DNA from: Tortispora ganteri
Taxonomy: Eukaryota
Direction: 5' to 3'
Assembly: GCA_003707115.1 (NCBI GenBank)
Contig: PPNB01000003.1
Coordinates: 310,001-374,000, forward strand
Length of the DNA stretch: 64,000 nt
Shown: positions 1-12,180 of the stretch, piece after piece
How positions within the stretch are numbered: position 1 is the first letter of the stretch
Layout: the number at the start of each line of letters is the position of its first letter
The notes under the pieces: model-generated
The model's database searches: none
Told to the model about the DNA's origin: nothing
Seen by the model: only the letters and a program-made list of their open reading frames with translations
Translations under genes and position numbers: made by a program

Positions 1-1064
1 ATTTGGCCTCGCTGATGGACCCACAGCAGGTTGCCGAACAATCCGTCGACCTCAACTTAAAACTAATGCGCTGGCGCTTGATTCCTGATCTTGACCTTGA
101 AGCTATTGGATCTAATAAGTGTCTCCTGCTTGGAGCAGGAACCCTTGGGTCATATATATCACGCGGATTGATGGCATGGGGAGTGCGCCATATCACTTTT
201 GTTGACTCTTCCACTGTTTCTATGTCTAATCCTGTTCGTCAGCCATTATACACTTTTCAAGACAGTGTTGAGCAAACTCCTAAAGCATTGAAAGCAGCTG
301 AAGCTTTAAAAGCAATTTTCCCTGGTGTGATCTCTGCAGGTCATAGTTTGTCTATTCCTATGATTGGACATCCACCTAGCTCTTTTAACGTTGACTCTAT
401 TCAGAAAGACTACCAGAAACTAGTGGACCTCATTTCATCACATGACTGTATATTTTTATTAACTGATTCGCGAGAATCTCGCTGGCTTCCTACAGTAATC
501 GGAGCTGCTTTGGGGAAGACCGTCTTTACTACAGCATTAGGGTTTGATTCATACGTTGCATTAAGACATGGTGGTAAGGTTGATACGCCCGGAAGACTTG
601 GTTGTTACTTCTGTAACGATGTTTATGCACCGATTGACTCTACTACAGATCGAACCCTGGATCAAATGTGCACAGTCTCTAGACCTGGAGCTGCTATTTC
701 AGCGTCGTCTCATACTGTCGAGTTATTCGCAGCTTTGATGCAACACCCTCTCAAAGTGGATGCGCCTTCAGATGGAAGTACTTCTACTTTGGGAAACTGT
801 CCCCATCAGATTCGCGGATTTCTGCATAATTTTAGCACGATTACAGTTCACGGTCCTGCTTATGATGCTTGTTCGGCATGCAGCCCTAGCGTTGTTTCTG
901 AATGGAAAGCGTCAGGATGGGATTTTGTAATTAGAGCATTGCAAGATCCTGGGTACGTTGAGAACTTGTGTGGATTGAGAAAGCTGCGGCAAGATGCCGA
1001 ACAATACGCAGATAGTGAATTTGATATTGAGGAAGAAGACGATGAAGAAAATTGCATTATCTAA
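1..1064 (+). CDS. ATG7: Autophagy E1-like activating enzyme Atg7, C-terminal part (5' end lies before the window)
   Basis: VDLNLKLMRWR, ThiF motif LLLGAGTLG, SNPVRQPL, LLTDSRESRWLP, GCYFCND, catalytic DQMCTVSRPG. Confidence 0.97.
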   Translation, partial: LASLMDPQQVAEQSVDLNLKLMRWRLIPDLDLEAIGSNKCLLLGAGTLGSYISRGLMAWGVRHITFVDSSTVSMSNPVRQPLYTFQDSVEQTPKALKAAEALKAIFPGVISAGHSLSIPMIGHPPSSFNVDSIQKDYQKLVDLISSHDCIFLLTDSRESRWLPTVIGAALGKTVFTTALGFDSYVALRHGGKVDTPGRLGCYFCNDVYAPIDSTTDRTLDQMCTVSRPGAAISASSHTVELFAALMQHPLKVDAPSDGSTSTLGNCPHQIRGFLHNFSTITVHGPAYDACSACSPSVVSEWKASGWDFVIRALQDPGYVENLCGLRKLRQDAEQYADSEFDIEEEDDEENCII

Positions 1065-1217
1065 TCGGCTTTTATGCCCTTTTATATGCTTTGACTATTT
1101 CAGTGGCAATCATAGACTAATTATTCTTCTCTCGTTGTTGTTCTGATGGCTCTTTGGGTGAAATTTATGGGGTACCCACTTCTATTGCTAGCGAACGAGT
1201 CGGTTAAATCTCTAGAT

Positions 1218-2420
1218 CTAATCTTCTTTAGTAGAATTAGGAGCGGGAGGGGCACCTAAACCATTCGCGTTCCTGAACATTTTAACGCCCTTTGGACCTT
1301 CCACGAACTGACATCTTCTATTGACAAACCAGAGACTTTTTATCAGATTGGTTGAATCCCGGCGATAATGTTTGCCCATAACCTTCTTGATAGCTTCAGT
1401 AGCCTCTTCTGCATGATAGAAGGGGATTTTGGAGCAGTAATGGTGGGCTACATGTGTTTCAATGATCTTGTGGAAGCAAAAGTCGCCAATAAATCCAAAA
1501 TCTCTGTCAATCGTTGCAGCAGCTCCTTTAGCGAAAGTCCACTCCTCGTTGGTGTAGTGAGGAAGAGAAGGGTCAGTATGCTGAAGGTAAGTGATGCAGA
1601 CAAGCCAGTGGTTAACCCATAAATAGGGAACGAAGTAATAAATGAGGAAGTTGGATAGGCCGAACTTGTTGATTGAGAGATAAGCGATATAAGTAGCGCA
1701 AGCAATTCCGACATCAGAAAGAATGATATTGAAAACTTTGGCAGAGTCAAAGAGAGGCGACCAGGGCCAATAGTGGTTCACGAAGATCTTCGGTACATCA
1801 GGGTGAGGTTGACCAGTAACGTTCGAAATAAGATGCCAGGGCCATCCAAAGAGTTGCTGCGTAAGCAGCCAGAAGAGAGAAGCAGCCGGCGATTCTTCGG
1901 TGAGCTCAGTGATTTGGTTCACAGACATGAACTTTTCGCGGGACTTAGGGACGAACACGGTGTCTTTGTGCAAGTTACCAGTGTAGTGGTGGTGCTGAGC
2001 GTGAGTGTACTTCCAGCTGAAATAGGGAACGAAAAGAGAGGTGTGCATAATCCACCCGCAGATATCATTTATAGTGTTTGACGAAGAAAATGAGCCGTGT
2101 CCGCATTCATGGGCCAACACCCAGATTCCAGTGCCGAAGAGACCAGTGACAAAACCGTATACGGCGTAGACCACACCCCGGAGAATCTGGCTTTCGATGT
2201 AGGCAGTGAGCGTTAGCGTTGCGTAGAACGTCAACGCTATGCAGAGCAGGTCCCTGGCAACAAAAAGAAGGCCATGGGTTGCGCTTCGTTGAAAGCAGTG
2301 GCGAGGAATAGACTTCAGGATGTCATTGAAGGAATAGTCGGGCACCTCGAAGGGATTACCGTTACCGTCAACGAGCTGGAGATCAGTTTCCTGAGAAGTG
2401 ATAGTTACAGTTGACACCAT
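1218..2420 (-). CDS. FAD2: Delta-12 (omega-6) fatty acid desaturase
   Basis: Three His boxes HECGH, HAQHH, HVAHH; IPRHCF, WLVCITYLQHTD, IPFYHA. Confidence 0.93.
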   Translation of the reverse strand: MVSTVTITSQETDLQLVDGNGNPFEVPDYSFNDILKSIPRHCFQRSATHGLLFVARDLLCIALTFYATLTLTAYIESQILRGVVYAVYGFVTGLFGTGIWVLAHECGHGSFSSSNTINDICGWIMHTSLFVPYFSWKYTHAQHHHYTGNLHKDTVFVPKSREKFMSVNQITELTEESPAASLFWLLTQQLFGWPWHLISNVTGQPHPDVPKIFVNHYWPWSPLFDSAKVFNIILSDVGIACATYIAYLSINKFGLSNFLIYYFVPYLWVNHWLVCITYLQHTDPSLPHYTNEEWTFAKGAAATIDRDFGFIGDFCFHKIIETHVAHHYCSKIPFYHAEEATEAIKKVMGKHYRRDSTNLIKSLWFVNRRCQFVEGPKGVKMFRNANGLGAPPAPNSTKED

Positions 2421-3536
2421 TTCAAGACGATGGACAGTTCGAGAAGGGGAATCTTTATATATATATACCTCTCGAGAGTCTATACGAATAATCTAAAAAG
2501 ACTAGTCTTCTATCGAGGACACAGTTTCTACTGTCCAGAGCAGAGTGCAGATAAAAGAAGGGGGATGGAAGCGAGGGTTTAGATTTATTATTTTTTTTTG
2601 AGTTTTTTACCCCAATGAAACAGGAGAAGAGGGTGAGGGTTTTTTGTTTAGCGCTTTATTCCCATTTGGGAGTGGAGTGATAAGACTGGTCACTTATGGT
2701 TTCCTATTTCATGCAACTGCTTATCGGCGATCCTTCGGCGAAGCCCTAATTGACTGTTTATGAGGTATACGTTTGAGTGTGAGACTTATTACTATCGAGG
2801 CTTGCTATGAAGTAGAAAATGAAGGCCTGGGTACTGGTGAGGTTTCAATCGAAGTGCGGTCTTTTCTCTCAATATAGGAAAAGCTAGTTCTTCTACCATT
2901 AAAAAAAGCCAATAACAACATTTACATTACTCATAAAGTTCAGAACTACCCGCCGGAACTGAACGGAATTGGTACGGGAAAGCAATAAACAACAATTGTC
3001 AACTCGGTTTTGACAACTCTAGTTCGTTGTGTAATGATCGATTTACATCTTCGCATTTGGGCAATATGAGCACTTATATTGCTTGATCGATTCAATAAGC
3101 AATAAGAATCAACATACATTTATATAGAGCGATCAAATATCTCACAATTGATACTAACGTGCGTCAATTTGCCCGTTTAACAACCGTACCTTTAACCGTT
3201 CGACTGCTTTCAGTACCAACGATCATGAATATACATCCAATCAAAGATACAGACCCAGTTTGCGTATTACTACTACGTTATACACTACTTACACGGTTTA
3301 AAAAAATATATTACTGATATCGGGCTTATTTGCACGTTGTATTCGCCTGCCTGAACGACTGGAAAGAGTCGGTAGGTTGCTAAACTTCTGTCAGTAAACT
3401 CTAAATACTATAGAGGTTTATTAAGGTTTATTAGCGCGTTGTTTCAAGTACTTGCATCAACTCCTACCACTGTTGGGAATCGATTACATATCATATATTC
3501 GCTCAACGATATCAGTGCTTCACTATAGTGGCTAAG

Positions 3537-3983
3537 ATGATTCAAGCATTTCAGGAGACAATGAAGTTAGCCTGGAAGCAGGCCAACGAGACGGTAAACA
3601 GTATGGTTAGCATGCCCTCCGTGGACCGGAGTGCTGATAAACAAAGCGTGTCAACAAATGCTCCTGGTCCATCTAGTGCATCTAAACCAGAGACTAAACT
3701 CCGGGCAAAAAGAGTTAGTAGACAGTCTGTGAATTTACAAGCTAATTCAAGTAGTACACCTGTTTCTAAGAACTCTAGCAAAGTCAAGTCTGCTGCCAAG
3801 AATCGCGTGCATAAGCCTTTTCACGATATCAATCAAGCAAATTCTAAGATCTCAGAGCTAGAAACGCACATAGCTTCACTAAATTCAGAAATTGATACTC
3901 TGAAGAAACAACTTAAAAATATTGAGACTGCATCAGTTATTAAGAACAACGAGTCTCTGTCTCCAGTGAAAATACAGAAATGA
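3537..3983 (+). CDS. Hypothetical Ser/Lys-rich protein with C-terminal coiled coil; may have upstream exon(s)
   Basis: Frame open from 3435; first ATG 3537; heptad pattern ISELETHIASLNSEIDTLKKQL; no family recognised. Confidence 0.5.
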   Translation: MIQAFQETMKLAWKQANETVNSMVSMPSVDRSADKQSVSTNAPGPSSASKPETKLRAKRVSRQSVNLQANSSSTPVSKNSSKVKSAAKNRVHKPFHDINQANSKISELETHIASLNSEIDTLKKQLKNIETASVIKNNESLSPVKIQK

Positions 3984-4457
3984 TAATGGCGGATCCAATT
4001 CACAGATCCAATTCGCAGAACTTCACAAGTGTTATAAAAGTACTAATTTATCTACACTATCTATTGCATTTTAACCGCTTGAATTAATTTTATTCTGATC
4101 GCTGATATTGCTGTTTGTAGCCTATTTATTTGCATCTTACGTCTTCTAGTAGCACTGATGTACTCTTTATAAGCCATTCATCCGTTCAACAATGTGAGTA
4201 CCTCTTACAACAACAATCAGATCCTGGCTTCTAAGGTGAATTTCAAATACGGGTTATTAATACTGCAGTTATATTTTGCCAGTATATATAATATTTCTTA
4301 CGATATCTGCAGTAGCCCGCAAGTTGTTTGTATACGCATATCATTATTACCCGGTCCATCAACCTAGACTCCCAATCTGGGATAACTGACCTTCGCCTTA
4401 TCAACAACAGCATATGAACGCCCCATTTTTATCGTGTACCTCCTATAACTAATCGTA

Positions 4458-5264
4458 ATGAGTGTTCTATTTCAAAGACTTTCATCGCTATCTGCATGCA
4501 TCTCACTTACTTCATGGCTCTGCGCTCAGCTGCCACAAGTCATAGAGAATCATCATATGAAATCAGCTGCTGGCTTATCGTTATCTTTCCTCACAGTATG
4601 GCTTGCTGGCGATCTGACTAATTTGATAGGTTGCATCTTAACTAAACAGCTCATTTTTCAAACTTTGCTTGCATGCTACTACACTGTAATAGATTTGATC
4701 TTGCTGTCACAATATTTCTACTACACAAGATACGCCCCAAATTACGTCCATTGGAGTCGCGTTCCGTATGGCTCTATACCTCCACCTCCATCGCCAACAG
4801 TCCTGTCGCCTCGACCTGCATCCTTTCATAAGTCAACATCAGTCGTATCTGTAATAGCTCTTTCGCGTTCTGTCTCTGCTTTGGCAACTTCACGCTTATC
4901 TGCAAATTCTGATCCTGTTCAGGTTCTCGGAACTGCAATCGCTTGGGTTTGCACTGCCCTGTATTTGTGCTCTCGCATACCGCAGATCATTCATAATTAT
5001 AAGCGCAAATCTACAAGAGGTTTGTCTCCTCTTTTATTTGCTGCCGCTATGACTGGTAACCTTACTTACACACTGTCTATTTTGTTCTCTGTACCTTCTA
5101 TGCCTCAAGCAGATAGAACATCCTTCTTGATACGAGAACTGCCGTATCTTCTTGGCTCAGCAGGTACTGTCGGCTTTGATATAACAATTCTCACACAAAC
5201 ATGGGCTTACAGAAATCGTTTACCTATAAAGAGTTCTGAAATGTCACAGCTTATTAACGACTAG
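4458..5264 (+). CDS. PQ-loop vacuolar cationic amino-acid transporter (Ypq/PQLC2 family)
   Basis: Two PQ loops (AQLPQVIEN, SRIPQIIHNY), GLS motifs, LPYLLGSAGTV, multiple TM segments. Confidence 0.92.
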   Translation: MSVLFQRLSSLSACISLTSWLCAQLPQVIENHHMKSAAGLSLSFLTVWLAGDLTNLIGCILTKQLIFQTLLACYYTVIDLILLSQYFYYTRYAPNYVHWSRVPYGSIPPPPSPTVLSPRPASFHKSTSVVSVIALSRSVSALATSRLSANSDPVQVLGTAIAWVCTALYLCSRIPQIIHNYKRKSTRGLSPLLFAAAMTGNLTYTLSILFSVPSMPQADRTSFLIRELPYLLGSAGTVGFDITILTQTWAYRNRLPIKSSEMSQLIND

Positions 5265-5376
5265 TTATCCTGATTCATGATTTCATGACGTTGCTCACCT
5301 CTATGCATTCCCGATTCTACTATAACCATCCTACCATAAATTCAAGCCATAGTATCACATCTCATTTTCGTATTTC

Positions 5377-7893
5377 TTAATTAACTATATCATTTTTAGC
5401 CTCACTCTCCACCACTGATTTCTCCTTAGACCCTGAGGTTAGATTGTGCATTTCAATCGTTTCTGGTTCGTTTTCTCTTTCAACAACAATACTTGCAAGA
5501 TGCGACTTGATGGTAGCCTTCAGTGCTTTGAATGACTGCCGAGCTACAAACATAAACTGGTTCCACAATCCTAATGACCATACCACAATTAGCGTACTGG
5601 CAATCAGAATAATGAACATTAAAGTAAAAGGACTTGAGAATAAAAACCTGAAAAATGCCGTAAGTTCGTTCCATCCAAAAAATAACAGCAAAAGATAAAG
5701 GTAAAGCGGCACATTTGCGAGTGATTTTGCTCGTGCTTCACTAGCCTTCGCTGCCGCAATCGCTGCTCTATTAGCTAATTCGGTTGCTTCCCGGGCTTTG
5801 CTTGCGTTGGCATAAGCCTGCCGAGCATCGATATAAGTAGAATCAGCAACTTTGAGAAGTTGATGCTTTATCTCGTCAAGTTGATCTGATGTTAATGGTT
5901 TCACAAAAGCCGCTGTTTTAGGTGTGATTTCACTAAATATTCCTAAAGTTGTCAGAGGTGCAGAAGGCAACTTTATGGCAGGGGAATGCGAAATATAATC
6001 AATAACTGACAGCGCAGTTCTTTTGGAGGAACGATAAAGTTCTTGAATCTTCTCATCGGTCCACAAATTATCGTCAGAGAAAATATTAGGCATCCCTTCA
6101 GTATTGTATTTGAATATGTCTTCATAAACTTCTCGGGCTTTGATCAGTATACTTTCACTAGATGCATATTTCCTTACTTGCTTTTGGAATTCATTCCATA
6201 TGTCAAACTCCAGGGCCGTAGTCGCTTCTTGTTTTTCTTCATCCGTAGCGCCCAGGACTTCTAGATTGGCATACAACTGGCTTTGAGCGTTAGACAGAAG
6301 AGCTGTGGTATCAGTAACTGCAGTGTCCCATAACCGCATGGCTTCTTCTACAACCGGCTGCACTTCCAAGTCGTCTTTGTATTCATGGTTAGCAGCAGGC
6401 TGTGGAGTACGCTTTGAGGAACCAGACAAATTCTGAATCAGGCTAGATACCTTTGATTGCATAGTTTTAACAGTATCTGCCACTATTTTCTCAGTGACTT
6501 GGATGATCAACTTTCGTCGATGTTCAGTCACAATATCTTCAATATCGACATTCAGAGTGTCTAAAGACTCTTTCAAAGTAATAGACTGAATATTAAACTT
6601 GCTGGGGTCAGCAGATTTAACATATTTTACATAGGAATCCTTCGCGGATGCTGCAGCAGAGGTGACCGTTTCTGTGAACGATTCGGCATCTAACGCGGAG
6701 CTCAATTCAGAGCGAAAAGTGTTTTCGACCGTGGAACGTACTGCTTCAAGATATTGGGCAAATATAGAAGAAGTGTGCTCAGACATGAGCGCAGTAAGGT
6801 CATTCTTTTTCAGGTTATATATTTCATCAGGATAGCGGGAAGCATATTTATCATAATGAGCAAGTGCGGATGAGTATGCAGTATGCAAAGATGAACAAAT
6901 TGATTCAGCGTGGGCTATATCATAAGGAGGTGGAGGCAAGGCTGAAGAGAAGAGTTTTTGAGCATCATTTGCAATTTCATCGCATCGGAACTGAGCGACT
7001 AGATGTTGCTGGGTAGGGAGGTCCAAATCTTTGTTCTGTATAATTTGCTCCCAGATATTTGAGGCGTATATGGGCCAACCATCTAGAGGAACATTTCGTG
7101 AGTATTCTTGCGAAAACACGTAATCTGGTAAAGAGCTGTCGGAAAACTTCAGAGAAAGATCAGATATGGCGATATCGAACTCCTCAGGTTTGAGCAATTT
7201 ATGTGGGAGGCCTACGAACTGGAAATCGAACCAGTCGCTGATACTGTCGTTGTTTGATGTACCTTCCCATAGGCGATTCATATCTGCCATTATGGTTGAT
7301 TTAAGGTCCTCAAGCGGAGTGATACCTAGGAAGTCGCGTATGACGAACATGATGAGAGACTTAGACTTTGATGTGGCAGAAGAGGACTGAAAGAGTAAGG
7401 CGTTTACTTCAAAGACAGTTTTCAGAAGCGCCATATTTGCTCCTTGGTAGAGGCCTACTTGGTTCTCCCAGAGGTTTATGATCAAAATTTGAGAGGTAGC
7501 TAGAGCGAACAAAGCGGCTTTGCGTTCAAAGTCCTGGTCTTCACCGCGTTCTCTGCCGTCTGAGCCCTCAACGTCGAGAATTATAGTTGAGCTCGAATGG
7601 TTTATAGACGACAAAGATAGCCAGATACCCTTCGTAGTCTGACGTCTGTGTTTCTCATCCATTATCTCAAAATTAGTATGAAACAAGGAATTCAACAGGG
7701 TGCTTTTGCCTGTGCTTTGTGAGCCAAAAACAGCAACAACATTGTACGCAGAATGTGTAGAGTTATTCAAATAGTTCTGGATATTATTTCTTTTTTTCGC
7801 TGTTAGAAATTATTGTTGTTATTTTTTGATATGCAATTTCACTTACAAATGGAAGACTTTCTCTTCATCAATCAGTTGTACATTTGATGACAT
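5377..7893 (-). CDS. SEY1: Sey1/RHD3 ER-fusion GTPase; exon 1 7893-7847, intron 7846-7790, exon 2 7789-5377
   Basis: VFGSQSTGKSTLLN, RRQTTKGIW, DVEGSDGRERGEDQDFERK, C-terminal TM hairpin. Exon 1 MSSNVQLIDEEKVFH ends at GTAAGT; branch CTAAC; in-frame AAG acceptor. Confidence 0.95.
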
Positions 7894-7934
7894 TGTGAAT
7901 GTCGAATTCTACGTACTAAAACTGTAACATCAAA

Positions 7935-8267
7935 ATGAATAATGTAACGCCATCAGTAATGCTTGATTTAAGAGCAAGCCAAAGAACTTATGAAGGTGCA
8001 TATATCAGATCGGCATTAGGTCAAATTGTTTTATCATTGTTATTCTTACGAATCTTCGACAAAAAGCTCATCTCTATTGCTGTAACATACTCTATCACAG
8101 GCATAATATTGATACTCGTATCTCTGCAACGAAGGACAATATCGAATAAAGTCCTTTATTATGATCCAAGTGTTTACTTTACTACTGCTGGTCAATCAGT
8201 CGTTTTAATTACTGCATCTTTATTAATTGTCTATCTGGCCTTGATCGCCCTTTTATTCTCATTATAA
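7935..8267 (+). CDS. Small membrane protein, DUF202-like
   Basis: RASQRTYEGAYIRSALGQ followed by three hydrophobic segments. Confidence 0.7.
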   Translation: MNNVTPSVMLDLRASQRTYEGAYIRSALGQIVLSLLFLRIFDKKLISIAVTYSITGIILILVSLQRRTISNKVLYYDPSVYFTTAGQSVVLITASLLIVYLALIALLFSL

Positions 8268-8476
8268 CTATTCCACGCCACCCTCCACAACAATATTGAA
8301 CCACTTTCACTAATATTCATTTTTTCAATACTCCTGCATATGCTTTCTGCATATATTATTGATTTTTTTATAAAACCCTCAGTAGTGTGTTGATTTCGCC
8401 CCTCCTAGCTTCCTTGTATGCCACATATTTCTGGCCCTCTACTATATTACTCACTCTCTTACACACTTACCATCAC

Positions 8477-11400
8477 ATGGCTACTGAAATAGGCGTCACT
8501 GTCTCATATTACGACCCCTTTGGGGCCTACTCCATAATCCAATCTGACCTGGAAAAACTCTCCCCGCTAAATAACTTGCACTGGAAATGCGCCCCGAGGC
8601 CCTTGCGATCAATTGGCTCATTGCCGCTAAACCTCATAGAAGAAGCACCTCTAACATCAGTGCCCCAAAAACATCAGCTACCTGGCATGGACCAGTCACC
8701 TTTCGTGAAGATAATTGTTATACAATGCGATGATATAGACATATATAGAGCTTCTGTCCGTAATATTACTCGTGAATGGCTTAATATTAACGTGAAAGGT
8801 TCAAGAGATCCAACAGAGTGGTTCATCTTGTACATCCTGCCCGCCGATCCCAAAAAATCTCTCTATGAGAAAATTAAGTCAAATTTCTGTCCTGACACTA
8901 ACAGATGTATTGCCATTCCTCACGACTCGAGCAACTCTCGCGTCTGGTCTTCGGTCACTGAGCTACTTAAGACATCTGTGCTTAACGCTCTCACTCAACG
9001 CGTTACAGTTTACGAATCAGAGATATCTAAACTGTGGGACCAAAAAGCTTTACCTGGCTGGAACTTTGGCTCTTTTTTTGTAATGAAAGAATCTTTGGCT
9101 CTGTCTTTTGAAAATATGACCCTCTTGGACGATGCTCTGGCTCAGTACGACGACCTCGAAGCTACGTTTAATGAATCAAATCAAACCACCCAGTCTTTCC
9201 TTGCTTCAGAAGCGCCAGAGTCTTTTCTGCTCTCTTTTAATCCATTTACTTTACATGACCAGAAAAATACGCGCTTAAGCATTATTGAGAACAGATTGTC
9301 TCTTCAGGAATTTCTATTCTATCTGTTTTCAAGACAGTGCCAAGTTCTCTTCAAAATGTCGAAACTGGCTCCCACACTCTCTGCAAGCTCCACGCACTTA
9401 GCAGATATAGTAGCCCGAACTCGTGATTTTGTTCTCAAACTACGACCTGGTTTACGGTTTAATCATGCTCTGATTTGTGAATGGGCGCTGCAGCTTCTAG
9501 CAACTGTTTTGGATCAGATGGAAGTAGACACTTCCAACCCCAAAAGCTACGCAACGCTGCTCTCTGCTAAGTCAGACATGGTACTCTTTGCCAGAGATTT
9601 CATAATTGAGTTAGGCGAAATGAAAGGATGGTCCCTGCCTTTGGAGCAAGAAATAGACCTTTCCAGACAGCCTGCAGACCAAGCAGGTGATCCTAGTTTA
9701 ATCTCGTCACATTTAGTAAAAGCCATTTTGAAATCAGAAAATTCATGGTTTGAGAGCTTTCAGACTTACTCAAGGAAGTTCCTTGAACTGAACGGTGCTT
9801 GCCATGAGAGTTCTCACGCTGCGGATTTGGTAAATTGTCAGTTAGCATTGGCGTTTTATGAGCGCGAAGATTATGAATCTGCAGCCAAATATTTTGCATC
9901 AATTCCTCTATCCATATCCTTGCAAAAATGGGAGTCTCTTTCGATATCTCTTCTCACAGCGTTTGCCGATACAATGTGGAGAACTAAAAACTATTCGTTT
10001 TTTGCTAGAGGTGCAGTCGCATTAATATTCAGGCATAAGCATGTTTTACAAGATTCTAAGCTTCAGCAACTCAGCGAAAATCTTGCTGCCTGTAGTAGAA
10101 TGATCTCGGAGTCCCTTTCATTTGGTGTTTTTGATGCTAAGGTTTTCTTTGATATTAATTTTGCTGAAGCCATTCACTTTAATGAATTTGACGATGCTAC
10201 CTTTCTAAAAGCTTCGTTGAATAACCTTCTTCCGGTTGATTTGCATATAGACACTATAACTACTGATCTCTTGTCTGATGTTCCTATGGGCGGAAGCTCC
10301 AATTCCATAGTTTTACCATTCTCGGCTCATGATATTTATTTGAAACATTCTGACTCAATCGATCTAGATCTTCGATGCACAACTATAACTGCAGGGTTGT
10401 ACAAAGTTGCTCGAGTGCGGATAGTTAGTGGAAAATTCACCTTTGTTATGGAATATAAAGTGCATCAAGAACTCATTATTGTGCAGAATCCTAACGGAGT
10501 TGATGTCTTCCCTTCTTTTCCTTCTAACCAGGATCTGAAAAATCATAAATATCTAGTATTTGGGGTGAAAGCTGGCTGCAAGGATATCAGTTGTGCTAAG
10601 ATTGAACTGAACTCTCCTTCCCTTGGACGTAACTTTGACTTGACTCAAATCAAGATACCTGAAATATCTAATTACAAGGTCGAAGATCATGTCATTCATA
10701 TAGAAGAGCCTATAATCTCAGGTGCTTCCATCGAGATTGTCGTTCCTCTAGACGCTCAATTTCAGCTTAGTATTCTGAATACATTTATTAAAGTGAACTT
10801 TTGTGAGAATGATGAGAATTTTATATACATGGATACAATAAGCAGCGTGATCGATGCGCCTATCAGTATCCTTGTGCAAGATGTATTTTGTGCCAGTTCA
10901 CTTTTATGGAAGTTTTCATTTTCAGTTGGCAAAGCAAAACGGTTGAATAATGCATTTCGACTTATATTTTCCAAAATCAAAGGCAATGACTGTTTCTCCA
11001 TCGATGGACCGGGAAATAGCATGCGAACATTGCTGGTCACAGAAGGACGCCCTGTCACGAATGTGTATCGAATTAAGAGAACCACTAAGCCATTAACAAG
11101 CGAGAAACAGTCATTAACTTTAGAGCTTCAATATTCAAGTGTTAACAACGATGTCAGACAGACCTTTGTTAATAGATTGGGGCAATCACTGAAGGAGCAT
11201 GGATGTTATGACTTTTTCAGACTCTTTCGAAGAGTTGTTCATGAAATGTTGATTGACGACCAGATAGAATGTTCTCCATGGGGAGAAATCAAGTTGCCCA
11301 GCTTGCTTCGGCCTACCCTTGAGAAACGCTTGCAGTCTGTTAAAGTGTCGGCTGATACTCAGAGCAAGATATTGGACAAGGTGCTGACAGATTACTTGTT

Positions 11401-11935
11401 AGAGGAATGTGAGCATCAGGTGTCTTCACTTGAGATCCAGGTGTCAATCCCTAGCATGGAGTATTTGTATGAAGCTGAGCTTCTTATACCATGTGATTTA
11501 CGCATAACTGTGGGCAAGCCTGTGAAAGCTATCTTAAAAATCACTCCTAACACTATATGGAAATTAGATCAAGATGAGGCCAAAGACGATGATGATTCAC
11601 TGAAGGATGCTCAATGCTTTTACGAAGTCATTGCTGATAGTTGGCTTATTTCTGGCCCTAAGCGTGCGCACTTTGGATTAAACGATTCCGTGTATGCAAA
11701 TTTCGAGTTAATTCCTATAAAGGAAGGACATCTGAATGTCCCTCAAGTTTTCATTTGGCCCCAGCAGAAGATAGCCGACAAAATAACAATTGGCTTAGAC
11801 TATACCAGTGAAAGTGTTATTGTGCCTGTGTTTTCTGAGTATGCAGTTGGTTTCTATTCAGTTAATTACTCGGACGAGAATCGAGGAGCAAGTATGACTG
11901 CTAGTGTTGCAAGCGGTATGTTTGTTAACCACTAA
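8477..11935 (+). CDS. TRS130: TRAPPII subunit Trs130/TRAPPC10
   Basis: VTVSYYDPF, PLNNLHW, LPGWNFGSFFVMKESLALSFE..LLDDALAQYDDLE, C-terminal WLISG..LIPIKEGHLNVP; first ATG 8477. Confidence 0.92.
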   Translation: MATEIGVTVSYYDPFGAYSIIQSDLEKLSPLNNLHWKCAPRPLRSIGSLPLNLIEEAPLTSVPQKHQLPGMDQSPFVKIIVIQCDDIDIYRASVRNITREWLNINVKGSRDPTEWFILYILPADPKKSLYEKIKSNFCPDTNRCIAIPHDSSNSRVWSSVTELLKTSVLNALTQRVTVYESEISKLWDQKALPGWNFGSFFVMKESLALSFENMTLLDDALAQYDDLEATFNESNQTTQSFLASEAPESFLLSFNPFTLHDQKNTRLSIIENRLSLQEFLFYLFSRQCQVLFKMSKLAPTLSASSTHLADIVARTRDFVLKLRPGLRFNHALICEWALQLLATVLDQMEVDTSNPKSYATLLSAKSDMVLFARDFIIELGEMKGWSLPLEQEIDLSRQPADQAGDPSLISSHLVKAILKSENSWFESFQTYSRKFLELNGACHESSHAADLVNCQLALAFYEREDYESAAKYFASIPLSISLQKWESLSISLLTAFADTMWRTKNYSFFARGAVALIFRHKHVLQDSKLQQLSENLAACSRMISESLSFGVFDAKVFFDINFAEAIHFNEFDDATFLKASLNNLLPVDLHIDTITTDLLSDVPMGGSSNSIVLPFSAHDIYLKHSDSIDLDLRCTTITAGLYKVARVRIVSGKFTFVMEYKVHQELIIVQNPNGVDVFPSFPSNQDLKNHKYLVFGVKAGCKDISCAKIELNSPSLGRNFDLTQIKIPEISNYKVEDHVIHIEEPIISGASIEIVVPLDAQFQLSILNTFIKVNFCENDENFIYMDTISSVIDAPISILVQDVFCASSLLWKFSFSVGKAKRLNNAFRLIFSKIKGNDCFSIDGPGNSMRTLLVTEGRPVTNVYRIKRTTKPLTSEKQSLTLELQYSSVNNDVRQTFVNRLGQSLKEHGCYDFFRLFRRVVHEMLIDDQIECSPWGEIKLPSLLRPTLEKRLQSVKVSADTQSKILDKVLTDYLLEECEHQVSSLEIQVSIPSMEYLYEAELLIPCDLRITVGKPVKAILKITPNTIWKLDQDEAKDDDDSLKDAQCFYEVIADSWLISGPKRAHFGLNDSVYANFELIPIKEGHLNVPQVFIWPQQKIADKITIGLDYTSESVIVPVFSEYAVGFYSVNYSDENRGASMTASVASGMFVNH

Positions 11936-12180
11936 TCGCTAGTTTTAAGGTATTCACAGCTGCTACAACTCCTCTTTAAAATTTAATGACTATTATGAGT
12001 ATTAAAATAGTGGATACTGCTATATATCCACGCTTTTATGTATCTAATTTATCTTGCAAACGCGCAACTAAGAATATAAGTGTGACATTTTTGTAAATAT
12101 TACTTTATTGTAATATTATTAATAATAGCATAACATAGTAAACATGCCCAAAATGGGTATTGTCTTTTCGACTCTATATA

